A stretch of 64,000 nucleotides of DNA from Candidatus Poribacteria bacterium (GTDB taxonomy: Bacteria; Poribacteria; WGA-4E; WGA-3G): the NCBI GenBank assembly GCA_022394755.1, contig JAGFCA010000005.1:94313-158312 (forward strand). The letters are read 5' to 3'. The position numbers and the translations under genes are program-made. Below are positions 40,752 to 50,221 of this stretch, one piece after another; the stretch's first letter is position 1; each line of letters starts with the position of its first letter. The notes below the pieces were generated by a model. It had not been told where the DNA came from and ran no database searches. It saw only the letters and a program-made list of their open reading frames with translations.

Positions 40752-42232
40752 TCCTGACTATAATATTCTTATACCTTCTTTTAGTACTTAGTTTAGGGGT
40801 CATAAGCCATAAGTTCTTCAGAAATACTGGAGAAGACTATTTTGTTGCGAGTCGAAATATAAATTGGTTTATGTTGCTGATGTCATTGTTCGGTACAAAT
40901 ATGACGGCTTTTTCGATTCTTGGAGCATCCGGAGAAGCATATCATAAAGGCATCGGTGTGTTTGCATTAATGGCATCATCTTCAGCAATTATTGTGCCTT
41001 GTGTTTTTCTATTCATTGGAACACGTTTATGGAAAATTGGGAAAAAATTTGGATATATAACCCAAGTACAATTCTTCCGTGATAGATGGGAATCAAACGG
41101 GATCGGTTTACTCTTGTTTACCGTACTTGTATTGCTCTTAATACCCTATCTACTCATTGGGGTTGTAGGTGGTGGACGTACGCTATCTACAATCACAGAA
41201 AACACTATACCGCAATGGTTAGGCGGACTACTGATATGTGCAGTAGTTCTTTGTTATGTTACCTATAGCGGTATGCGTGGCACAGCGTGGGTAAACACAT
41301 TCCAAACTCTGGTTTTTATGACACTCGGTGCCCTAACTTTTTTCGTTATTATGAAAGCAATGGGTGGGTTATCAGATGCATTAAATAAAGTTGACTCCAA
41401 CTTATTAATGCAAGATGGGAATATAAAACCTTTAGAATTATTAACTTATACATTCATTCCCTTATCAGTTGGTATGTTTCCACACATCTTCTCACACTGT
41501 TTAACTGCCAGGGATGTTGGTTCATTCCGATATCCGATCATACTATATCCAATATGTATTGCCATTGTATGGATTCCGAGTGTCCTATTGGGTATATTAG
41601 GTAATATCGACTTTGGTGGATTACAGGGACCAGCAGCGAACGATGTATTGATTCTTATGATACGTCAGTATGCTCCAGGTATATTATCAGGGTTTTTAGC
41701 TGCAGGTGTTTTTGCTGCAATTATGTCCTCCCTTGATTCACAATCACTATCTCTCGGCAGTATGTTTACACATGACATCGTCCGTCCTTATCTTCGAACA
41801 AAAGGACATGAGCAGATGTCTGAAAATCAACAGGTATGGCTTGGTCGGTTATTTGTTATTTTTATTATTAGCATTACTTATATTATTTCACTTATTGCCA
41901 CACCAAGCATATTTAAGCTGGCTATCTGGTCCTTCACAGGTTTCTCGGGTTTATTTCCAATTGTGGTCGCTGCATTGTATTGGAAACGTAGTACCAAATC
42001 GGGGGTTTATTCAGCAATTGTAGTAGTTATTTTACTATGGCTTTATTTCTTTTTAAGTTTTTGGAAGACTCCCGGATACACAATCGGTGGAACTGGTATA
42101 ATGCCTGTAGCCGTCATCATAATAGTATCTTCTCTGACTTTGGTTTTTGTATCTGTAATTACGAAACCTCCATCTTCAGAGACAATAGAAAAGTTTACTT
42201 CTATAGGGAAGGTTAACTATATAAGCCAATAG
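40748..42232 (+). CDS. Sodium:solute symporter (SSS) family transporter
   Basis: About 13 TM helices with an SSS-type layout (…GTNMTAFSILGASGEAY…). The start is set at the ATG overlapping the upstream stop. Confidence 0.8.
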   Translation: MILTIIFLYLLLVLSLGVISHKFFRNTGEDYFVASRNINWFMLLMSLFGTNMTAFSILGASGEAYHKGIGVFALMASSSAIIVPCVFLFIGTRLWKIGKKFGYITQVQFFRDRWESNGIGLLLFTVLVLLLIPYLLIGVVGGGRTLSTITENTIPQWLGGLLICAVVLCYVTYSGMRGTAWVNTFQTLVFMTLGALTFFVIMKAMGGLSDALNKVDSNLLMQDGNIKPLELLTYTFIPLSVGMFPHIFSHCLTARDVGSFRYPIILYPICIAIVWIPSVLLGILGNIDFGGLQGPAANDVLILMIRQYAPGILSGFLAAGVFAAIMSSLDSQSLSLGSMFTHDIVRPYLRTKGHEQMSENQQVWLGRLFVIFIISITYIISLIATPSIFKLAIWSFTGFSGLFPIVVAALYWKRSTKSGVYSAIVVVILLWLYFFLSFWKTPGYTIGGTGIMPVAVIIIVSSLTLVFVSVITKPPSSETIEKFTSIGKVNYISQ

Positions 42233-42264
42233 AGACTAATCAATCATTGGCAAGAAGAAAAATT

Positions 42265-43554
42265 ATGAAAGTTGCTTATATTACAGCAGGTGCAGCAGGT
42301 ATGTACTGTGGCACTTGTATACATGACAATACAATGGCAAATGTACTTAAAAAGAGTGGACATGAAGTTTCATTAATTCCAACTTACACACCAACTCGAA
42401 CAGATGAAGAGAATGTAAGTATGAATCGTGTCTTCTATGGTGGCGTTAATGTTTTTTTACAACAGAAATTATCCATCTTTCGATACACACCATGGGCATT
42501 TGATAGAATCCTTGACAACCCATCACTACTAAACAGTTTGGCACAATTCAGTGCTTCGACGGATGCAAGAGACTTAGGTAAATTGACTGTTTCTATGCTC
42601 AAGGCAGAGAATGGAAAGCAAAAGAAAGAATTGACGAAATTAGTCAAATGGTTAAAAGAGAATGATAAACCTGATATCGTCTATTTAACCAATTCTATGC
42701 TTGTTGGTATGGCAAGAGAAATTAAAAAAGCATTAGATGTTCCTGTAGTCTGTGCTTTACAAGGTGAAGATATTTTTCTTAGGGACTTAATTGATCCATA
42801 TAAAGATATGGCATTGGAAGTGCTTGCAGAAAGAGCAGAAGATCCTGATGGATTTGTCGCGCCATGCTATTATTATGCTGATTTTATGGCAGAGGAATAT
42901 CTGAAAGTTCCTACACATAAAATTGATGTTGTTCCTTTAGGCGTGAATTTGGATGGACACGGTATGGTAAATGAGAGAACGGGTCCACCACCGTTTGTCA
43001 TCGGCTATTTGGCTCGGATTTGTCCGGAAAAAGGATTACACCATTTGGTCAATGCATTCTATACGCTTACAAGAGAAATCGGCACTGATACTGTTGAGTT
43101 ACACGTCGCTGGATATCTTGGTAAGAAAGATGAACCTTATTTTAAGGAATTAGTTAAACAGATTAACTCATGGGGTTTACAAGAAAGGTTTATACATTTT
43201 GGGGAAGTGAATAGGACAGAGAAGATAGAGTTTATGAACCGTTTACACATTTTTTCTGTACCAACTGTATATCGTGAATCAAAAGGTTTATCTATTTTAG
43301 AAGCACTTGCAAATGGTGTTCCTGTTGTTCAACCACAGCATGGATCGTTTCCTGAGATGATAAAGGCAACAAGTGGAGGAATTTTAGTCGACCCGGATTC
43401 TTCTGATGCACTTGCAGAAGGTATTCTCCAACTTTTCCGTGATCCTGCAAAAAGAAAGCAGTTAGGGATTGATGGTAAGAGAAATGTCCATGAGAAGTTT
43501 AATGACAGGGTCGTTTCACAACAATTAATGGATGTATTCAAAAAATATCTATAA
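42265..43554 (+). CDS. Glycosyltransferase family 4 (GT-B fold, 'glycosyl transferase group 1')
   Basis: N-terminal MKVAYIT... C-terminal GT4 motif region ...ESKGLSILEALANGVPVV... (E-x7-E). Confidence 0.7.
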   Translation: MKVAYITAGAAGMYCGTCIHDNTMANVLKKSGHEVSLIPTYTPTRTDEENVSMNRVFYGGVNVFLQQKLSIFRYTPWAFDRILDNPSLLNSLAQFSASTDARDLGKLTVSMLKAENGKQKKELTKLVKWLKENDKPDIVYLTNSMLVGMAREIKKALDVPVVCALQGEDIFLRDLIDPYKDMALEVLAERAEDPDGFVAPCYYYADFMAEEYLKVPTHKIDVVPLGVNLDGHGMVNERTGPPPFVIGYLARICPEKGLHHLVNAFYTLTREIGTDTVELHVAGYLGKKDEPYFKELVKQINSWGLQERFIHFGEVNRTEKIEFMNRLHIFSVPTVYRESKGLSILEALANGVPVVQPQHGSFPEMIKATSGGILVDPDSSDALAEGILQLFRDPAKRKQLGIDGKRNVHEKFNDRVVSQQLMDVFKKYL

Positions 43555-43638
43555 CAAAATTCAGATAATGTAGATGGATACAAACATGATAAAATAGGTT
43601 TCTATATACTATCATTCAACTAATGGAGGTGATAGATA

Positions 43639-44115
43639 ATGACAAAAACATGGTTAATATTCGCAATCATGACAGTTTCATCTTGGGGACTTTACGGGGT
43701 ATTTCTTCATAAGGGTAAAGTTTCAATGGGTGATGAAGTAGGGGCAGGATTTAAAGCATTCCTCTTTGTTGGTCTTGCATATTTATTAGTAGCAGTGATA
43801 GGGTCTATGTTAATGTTGTGGCAAAGCGGTGCAACGTGGTCATTTTCTGGAAAAGGAGTTACATGGTCATTCATCGCAGGGGTCGTTGGTGCCGTTGGTG
43901 CATTCGGTGTATTACTCGCATTTGGAGCTAAAGGAAAACCAGCAGTTGTAATGTCCATCGTATTTGCTGGTGCACCTATTGTAAATGCTATTGTAGCAAC
44001 ACTATCACATCCACCAGAAGGTGGGTGGGGTGCTATTCGGTGGCAATTCGTTCTCGGCATCCTTTTGGCTGCACTTGGAGGTTGTTTAGTTACTTTCTTT
44101 AAACCGGGTTCATAA
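43639..44115 (+). CDS. Small polytopic membrane protein of unknown function
   Basis: 158 aa with 4-5 predicted TM helices rich in GxxxG. RBS GGAGGTG upstream. Confidence 0.4.
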   Translation: MTKTWLIFAIMTVSSWGLYGVFLHKGKVSMGDEVGAGFKAFLFVGLAYLLVAVIGSMLMLWQSGATWSFSGKGVTWSFIAGVVGAVGAFGVLLAFGAKGKPAVVMSIVFAGAPIVNAIVATLSHPPEGGWGAIRWQFVLGILLAALGGCLVTFFKPGS

Positions 44116-44709
44116 TTTGGAATATATTACCTCTAAAAATACCTACGACCATGATATTTATTCAATAGTAATTAGTTGTATGACAGATTAGAACTTCAAT
44201 TGATTTTATTCAGGAAATCGTATAAAAACAGGATTTACAGATAATCGTAAATCCTGTTTCTTAATTTACAGGACTTATGCAGGTTTTATGAAGAAAGGAA
44301 TACTTCTACGACTTACTCATTTCCACTGTGTCTGTAGCCTGGTGAAGCCTAATGGCACCCATAACGTTGATTTTCGGGACGAAAGATGTGTAGAAAACGT
44401 TGCAACCTCTATTCCTTAGCCCACGGGGCGAAAGGTGTATTTATATGGTTCTACCATCACTCTTAAACTGATAAAATAATTGTATGTGATATATGAAAAT
44501 AACAATTTTATACTAATCTGACTGATAACTCGATATTTTCGTGAGTCCTGATTAATACCATTTCTATAAACATCTTCCATGCGAATCAATTGTATAAATA
44601 CTTCTGAAGATAGAATTGTGTATGTAGGTTTTGAATTACGGTAATTGAAATAAATTAATCTATCTTTTTCATACTTGATGTATCTATCAATTTAGAACTG
44701 GAGTTTCTT

Positions 44710-45294
44710 ATGAGCACAGAAGAATTAAATGATATTGAGGATGCTGAACTAATAATTGCTGTGCTATCGGGTAATCTCCATGCATTTGACGAATTAGTCC
44801 TTAGATATCAAAAAGCTATGTTGATGGTGGCACAACAGATTGTGAATGATCCAACCGAAGCAGAAGATATTGTACAAGATGCATTTATATTGGCTTTTGA
44901 ATCTCTCACCCAACTGGAAAATCTCAACCGTTTCGGCGCTTGGCTCTATTCAATCACGCGGCACCGAGCATTACGCCACATAAGAAAAGCAAGTCGTTTC
45001 CAATATCATGAAGATATAGATGATGAATTAAGGCTTGAGGCTAACCCTGATTCTACAGATCCGGCAAACCTTATCTTACAACAATCAGTACATGAGGGAG
45101 TTAGAAAATGTATTATGTCTTTGCCAGAAGAATTTCAGGAGGTCATAAAACTTTATTATTGGGTAGATATGCCACAGAAGAGAATTGCTGAATTCTTATC
45201 TCTGCCACTAACTACCGTTAAATGGAGATTACACAAAGCAAAGGAACAATTAAAAGAGATTATGGAAAGACAAGGATTTGGAGAGATTGATTAA
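44710..45294 (+). CDS. ECF-type RNA polymerase sigma-70 factor
   Basis: Region-2 and region-4 ECF motifs (…EDIVQDAFILAFESL… and …MPQKRIAEFLSLPLTTVKWRLHKAKEQL). Confidence 0.85.
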   Translation: MSTEELNDIEDAELIIAVLSGNLHAFDELVLRYQKAMLMVAQQIVNDPTEAEDIVQDAFILAFESLTQLENLNRFGAWLYSITRHRALRHIRKASRFQYHEDIDDELRLEANPDSTDPANLILQQSVHEGVRKCIMSLPEEFQEVIKLYYWVDMPQKRIAEFLSLPLTTVKWRLHKAKEQLKEIMERQGFGEID

Positions 45295-45377
45295 CTTTAG
45301 TTTGATAAATCAGATCTTTGTATTTGGTATTACATTCATAAACTATCTGAGATATAGAATTTAGATGAGGTGTGAGG

Positions 45378-46769
45378 ATGAATCAGCAACAAGAAGAAAT
45401 TCGTGGATTATTCCATATCGTTGAACAAACAGCTGAAATTGCCGAGGATTCAACGTTAACACAATCCTTTAAAGAAGGAGAAAAACGTTGTATTAGCCAA
45501 TTTAACAACGTACTGGAACGCCTGAATGAGATGGATGCTATACCAAGAGATCTCTTTGATCCATTACCAGAGGATGCAACTTTCTCTGAGATTAGTATTG
45601 CCTGTCATCATCTTGCCGCTTATCTGAGCGAGGGTGTAGATACATCAACAGATTTAAAGGGTATGTTTACCAATTTTCTTGGGAAACGGTTTGGTACAAA
45701 TATAAGTGAAGATATGAAAGATACATCAATAGATGTATTAATTCGTAAATCAATGCCAGATTTCTTTGTCCAAACAAAGTTGGAGGATATAAAAAAGTCT
45801 TTCAATGCAAGTGATACGGGAAATTTGACACTCGAAACGCATCTTGGGAACATTGATATACACACTTCACAAACAAATGTAATTGATGTGGTGGTAAGAC
45901 GTTCAGCACAATTGAAAATCGACAAGAGTATACTGGAAATACTAAACGACTTTGAAGTGGAATTTAACGAGAATGATCAGGATATACACATTGATGCGAA
46001 GTTTAAGAGTAGTAAAAGCTATTGGGAGAAAATGGCACAACGGTTCGATATACATTTTGACATTACAGTACCTCAAAGTCTTGAAGTAAATCTGAAGACA
46101 GGTCAAGGTGATATTATAATTCAAGATGTGGATGGAGATACCAAAGCAAACTCTCTTGATGGAGATCTCTCATTTAAAAACATCACGGGCACAGTTATTG
46201 GACATACATCAAAGGGTAGTGTTAGGTTGCATAGTTGCAATGGAGATGTATATCTACGATCAACACAAGGGAATATAGAGGTATCTGATAATACTGGTGT
46301 TGTTGATGTGATGACTTCCGATGGAGATATTCTTTGTGATGGCGTAATTGGAAATATTGAAGGTAAGACGGATAAGGGAGATATCGTTTTAACCGAATGC
46401 AGGGGTGGTGCCAATCTCAAATCCACGAATGGAACAATAGAAGTTGAGAATGACGGACCTGTAATTGCCAGAACATCTGATGGTGTATTAAAGGTCAAAT
46501 TCTCTGGACAACCACAGCACGATTCTGTATTGGATGCAGCTGGTGGTGGAATTACTGTTGAATTTATTCCAGAGATTGATATCAACATTGATGCACAAAG
46601 TAGCAATGGCAAGATAACAACAGAATTTCCTGTCGCTGCAATTGTTCATGGAACAATTAAGGTGGGTGAATTACAGGGACAAATAAAGAACGGTGGACCA
46701 CTTGTAAGATTCCGTTCTATTGGCGGAGATATCAACCTAAAACAGATGGAAATAGATAATGATTCTTGA
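45378..46769 (+). CDS. DUF4097-type beta-strand repeat protein (putative partner or anti-sigma of the adjacent ECF sigma)
   Basis: C-terminal half consists of repeated 'GDI.L....G..NLKSTNGTIEV' units typical of DUF4097 ('putative adhesin') domains. No TM segment seen. ATG at 45378 with GAGGTGTGAGG RBS. Confidence 0.55.
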   Translation: MNQQQEEIRGLFHIVEQTAEIAEDSTLTQSFKEGEKRCISQFNNVLERLNEMDAIPRDLFDPLPEDATFSEISIACHHLAAYLSEGVDTSTDLKGMFTNFLGKRFGTNISEDMKDTSIDVLIRKSMPDFFVQTKLEDIKKSFNASDTGNLTLETHLGNIDIHTSQTNVIDVVVRRSAQLKIDKSILEILNDFEVEFNENDQDIHIDAKFKSSKSYWEKMAQRFDIHFDITVPQSLEVNLKTGQGDIIIQDVDGDTKANSLDGDLSFKNITGTVIGHTSKGSVRLHSCNGDVYLRSTQGNIEVSDNTGVVDVMTSDGDILCDGVIGNIEGKTDKGDIVLTECRGGANLKSTNGTIEVENDGPVIARTSDGVLKVKFSGQPQHDSVLDAAGGGITVEFIPEIDINIDAQSSNGKITTEFPVAAIVHGTIKVGELQGQIKNGGPLVRFRSIGGDINLKQMEIDNDS

Positions 46770-46799
46770 TATAAAGATAGTAAATCAAATCATATAGTT

Positions 46800-47144
46800 C
46801 GTTATTGATGTCTGAAATTTGATATATATCACAGATAAAACAGAAAAATATGAGAATTACTGATTATGTCAACCCCCATCTCGATTTAGGGGGTAATTCT
46901 TTAATAATTCATCAAAGAGTTTGCCGTCGATCCCCTGAAATTGATGAATTTGCATAGGTAGAAAATTGAACAAAATTGCTAAAAAACACCTCTCACCCCA
47001 GTTCCAGCATAGTGCCGTCGACCTCCCAGTGAATTTGCACGATTGAGGGTCGACGGCAACCCAGTCTAAAATTTCAGTAAAAGTAAATTACCTTGACAGT
47101 AACAGTAAGGATTCTGTATTATATTAATATTGATTTTGTATAGC
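46800..47144 (+). promoter_or_regulatory. Putative CRISPR leader
   Basis: The AT-rich tract (…ttctgtattatattaatattgattttgtatag) abuts repeat 1. Upstream it contains a 10-bp perfect inverted repeat gccgtcgacc…ggtcgacggc, a partial direct copy of the left arm, and ccccc…ggggg. Confidence 0.4.
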
Positions 47145-47511
47145 CTTTTAATCGTACCAATCTGGAATCGAAACTCGAAATGGGTCGGGAGCGAAAGTGT
47201 GCCGGCTTTCGCATTCTTTTAATCGTACCAATCTGGAATCGAAACAGTGCGTTACTGAATAGAATAGTAAAGTGTGGTTCAACTTTTAATCGTACCAATC
47301 TGGAATCGAAACTTGGAATATCTGGCAATCTCCACAAGTGGTGTTTGTGCTTTTAATCGTACCAATCTGGAATCGAAACGTTCATTACTTCAAATATCTG
47401 ATATATGTAATCATCCTTTTAATCGTACCAATCTGGAATCGAAACACCGCACCAGTTGAAAGTGTTCGCGATATTCCACAACTTTTAATCGTACCAATCT
47501 GGAATCGAAAC
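47145..47511 (+). CRISPR. CRISPR array with 6 identical 30-bp repeats (CTTTTAATCGTACCAATCTGGAATCGAAAC) and 5 spacers of 41, 37, 37, 36 and 36 bp
   Basis: Repeats at 47145-47174, 47216-47245, 47283-47312, 47350-47379, 47416-47445 and 47482-47511. The repeat 3' end ...ATCGAAAC and the upstream AT-rich leader indicate + strand transcription. No cas genes anywhere in the window. Confidence 0.9.
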
Positions 47512-47609
47512 ACAACTGGACAAAAGTCCAGTTGATACATTTATCTTATATTTCCTACCCAAATTTTCAATTTACACACGAACACTTCTCTTCTCGGCAT
47601 AATCAGCGT

Positions 47610-47800
47610 AATCTGTGATTCAGACAATATTCTCTGCGTAATCGAAAATAATCCGTAATTCAGAAAACGATAGCATCCACCTCCAACCCCTTCTTATCCG
47701 TGTATTCCGTGAATCGGAAAATGAAATTATCCCATCCAAACCCTTCTTATCAGCGCATTCTGCGAAATCTGTGTAATCCGCGATTCAGATACACCCCTAT
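47610..47800. repeat. Degenerate tandem repeats immediately downstream of the CRISPR array
   Basis: Related units such as tgcgtaatcgaaaataatccgtaattcagaaaac and tgcgaaatctgtgtaatccgcgattcagatac. Also tccaaccccttcttatccgtgtattccgtgaatcgg and tccaaacccttcttatcagcgcattctgcgaaatctg. Some share 'gaatcg(g)aaa' with the CRISPR repeat 3' end. Confidence 0.5.
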
Positions 47801-48084
47801 AGGCTTAAGATCACAAAATCTATGGTTTTAAATCCAAATTAATCGTATCTTCAAATAATTTAAATTAAAATGAAGAATATATAGTCAAAGTTCAACTAAC
47901 TTATAACTATCAAGCAAAATCACTTGTCAACACAGAATTATAATTATATAATATTATATCGTTATTATATATAATTACTTATTTAACAAACTCTTGTTGG
48001 AACAGAATAATGAGAAAAAATAAAAATCATCGCACCATGGATCATCCTCAAAACGGAATATCTTTGGTACAAAACAGGTGGGAT

Positions 48085-48219
48085 TTTTCAAGTTTTTCAA
48101 GTTTTGAATTTTTTACCCGTATAATCCAAACATACGTAAACCTTCTCTCCATCTGGGTTTATAGGCTATTTCAAAAGCCTATTCTTAAAAATCGACTTGA
48201 AAAACTTGAAAAACTTGAA
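48085..48219. repeat. Pair of 20-bp perfect inverted repeats (tttcaagtttttcaagtttt / aaaacttgaaaaacttgaaa) about 90 bp apart
   Basis: Read directly from the sequence. Could form a long stem-loop or mark a MITE-like element. Lies within a non-coding AT-rich tract. Confidence 0.5.
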
Positions 48220-48987
48220 GAACACGAAAAACTTGAAAACAGACCTACTTTAAACACCACAGGAAAAATAATTATCATTCCTAACACTGTCCTCACAAAT
48301 ACATATCGTCCATACAGAAATAAATCTATGCATAGAGTCGGACAATCTCCGTCCATTGGTTCAGAATATAGCTCATGGCAACATCAAAGATACCTCATCT
48401 ATACGGTTAATGAGTTATATTCAAACATATTGTCAAAATGGCAGGTTAAGAGATTTCACATTCAAACGATTCCAAATCAATGGATTGCAAAAAAGTAAAA
48501 AATACAAAATTTCTACATTTTGCACTTTTTTGCCATTTTACAAAAACCTCTATAAACCCAGTACCGTACTGACGCTATAAAGGTTTTCCAATCCTACACT
48601 TTGTAGGAAAAGTGTAACATTTTTGCCAATATAGCATTATACATATTACTAATGCTAACATCTGAAAAAGCGTAGATATGCTTAAAAGGGATTGTTAGAC
48701 ACAACTCAGAATTAACACCATCATAGAACATGAGTGCTTAAACTTCAGAGTATTCAGAGTAAATCAGAAAACACAAAAATGTAGAAAACAGCTCCAAAAC
48801 CTTACTATAACTAACTTTATACCAATTGTTTAATATCACTCATAAGAGTTTACTCTGAAAATTGCAATGACACATCAATAGAACAAACAAACGAAAAATC
48901 CTGATTTCCTTCTACAAACTATATTTTTTTATACCTTTTACCAACATATTATACGCTATAAATTAAAACCAATTCAGGATCGTTGTT

Positions 48988-49128
48988 ATGCCGAAGAAAA
49001 TCACTACAATCTGTATACTCACAGATGAAGAATTAATTCGATTTGTCCAGAATAGAGATCAGAATGCATTTTCGGAACTCATCACGCGATGGACACCGAG
49101 GATAAAAGGGGTACAACGTATCTCATAA
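48988..49128 (+). pseudogene. Truncated N-terminal fragment of an ECF sigma factor
   Basis: 46-codon ORF MPKKITTICILTDEELIRFVQNRDQNAFSELITRWTPRIKGVQRIS resembles sigma-70 region 2.1/2.2 and then stops. No downstream continuation in any frame. Confidence 0.45.
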
Positions 49129-49843
49129 ATACGGATCGTGCGTTTATATTTAATTCCTCTTTCGTGGGGCGGGTTTCCCACCCCGTTGTATCAATATATA
49201 ATGCATGGTAAGATCCAAGAATCTTCCAAATATTTGATTTATGAGATAGGGTCTACATAATACATGGTAAAACCGTATGTTTTTTCAAATATAATTTTTC
49301 AGATTGAAACTATCTACTAAACCAACATTAGTTGAATGGAACATTAGAGACATTAAATCGCAAAAAACCTAATAATCATTATTCCAGTTGGGATAATGAT
49401 TCCGTGTAACTATTCGGAATATCAAGCAATTTGTCACGTTAATATTATTTAGATTAAGCTATTTTTCATTTTTTGCACCTTTTCATACCTTAATAATGTG
49501 TCTTTAATTAATAGAGACTATGTAAGTAAGAGTGTGTAAAACTTATGCCATAACAACTATCATAAAACTATCGGATCACACTTAGTATATCCAAATCAGG
49601 ACTTACAAGGTATACATAGAGTAAAGGTTGGTTTATCCAAATATTCCGATAATGCAGTTTTCAGCTTTTACACCCTAAGTTCTCATATTAAGTGAACTTT
49701 AGGGACAAATTACTAAGCCTTGAATTATTCACAGGTTTATCAAAGTTAATAATTGCAATAACCGATATACTTTAAAAGTATGTCAACATAAAGGAACAAG
49801 AAATGTCAAAATCAAAAAATTTAATCACAACATCTCTGGTTAT

Positions 49844-50158
49844 ATGTCTTTTGACTACTATTTGTCTGCATCTCATAATGGACACGGTCCTCCATGTAAT
49901 CTGACAACAGAGATAAAAGCCTCATTCCCTGAATTAAATATAGAAGACAGAAAAAATCCCACCAACAGTGGTAGGATTTCAGAAAACTCTGGTGACAGAT
50001 CATGGTGTGATACTGATTCCTCTTATGGAACGACAATATTTGGAGGGGTTACTGACGATTCGTATTCTGGTGAGGCATACGTTAGAATCATTGCAACAGT
50101 TGGTGGAGAACAGGACGATTATCATCTGACTAATACGATGGATTGTGTCCACCCCTAG
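49844..50158 (+). CDS. Hypothetical small protein, possibly a frameshifted secreted protein
   Basis: 104-aa ORF. A 33-codon ORF at 49803-49904 in another frame encodes a signal-peptide-like sequence (MSKSKNLITTSLVICLLTTICLHLIM...) that overlaps the 5' end of this ORF. Confidence 0.2.
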   Translation: MSFDYYLSASHNGHGPPCNLTTEIKASFPELNIEDRKNPTNSGRISENSGDRSWCDTDSSYGTTIFGGVTDDSYSGEAYVRIIATVGGEQDDYHLTNTMDCVHP

Positions 50159-50170
50159 CCATATCAACTG

Positions 50171-50205
50171 CCATTCTGAAGGAATATTAAATTCCTTCAG
50201 AATGG
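50171..50205 (+). terminator. Perfect 15-bp hairpin (ccattctgaaggaat-attaa-attccttcagaatgg)
   Basis: Read directly from the sequence. No U-tract. Sits 16 nt upstream of the TolB-like gene RBS/ATG. Confidence 0.45.
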
Positions 50206-50221
50206 CATAAGGAGAAATTAC

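Noticed and set aside
44116-44709. RNase P RNA, tmRNA or SRP RNA in the long intergenic region
   Set aside because: The conserved cores (GGAAAGUCCGG for RNase P, the tRNA-like GGGGCUG… 5' end and UUCAAAUCC…CCA 3' end for tmRNA, GGAAGCAGCCAAGG-type domain IV for SRP RNA) are not visible. It is left as an unassigned possible ncRNA only.
45378-46769. Calling the DUF4097 protein a bona fide anti-sigma factor
   Set aside because: There is no transmembrane helix and no zinc-finger anti-sigma motif (HxxxCxxC) at the N-terminus. Only the genomic position after an ECF sigma supports the idea, so it is kept as a putative partner.
48010-48498. 162-codon ORF in the gene-poor tract (MRKNKNHRTMDHPQNG…KLEKLEEHEKLEN…)
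   Set aside because: Low-complexity. It is driven by the 'aaacttgaa' tandem and inverted repeats. There is no RBS and no domain signal. It is treated as a non-coding repeat region.
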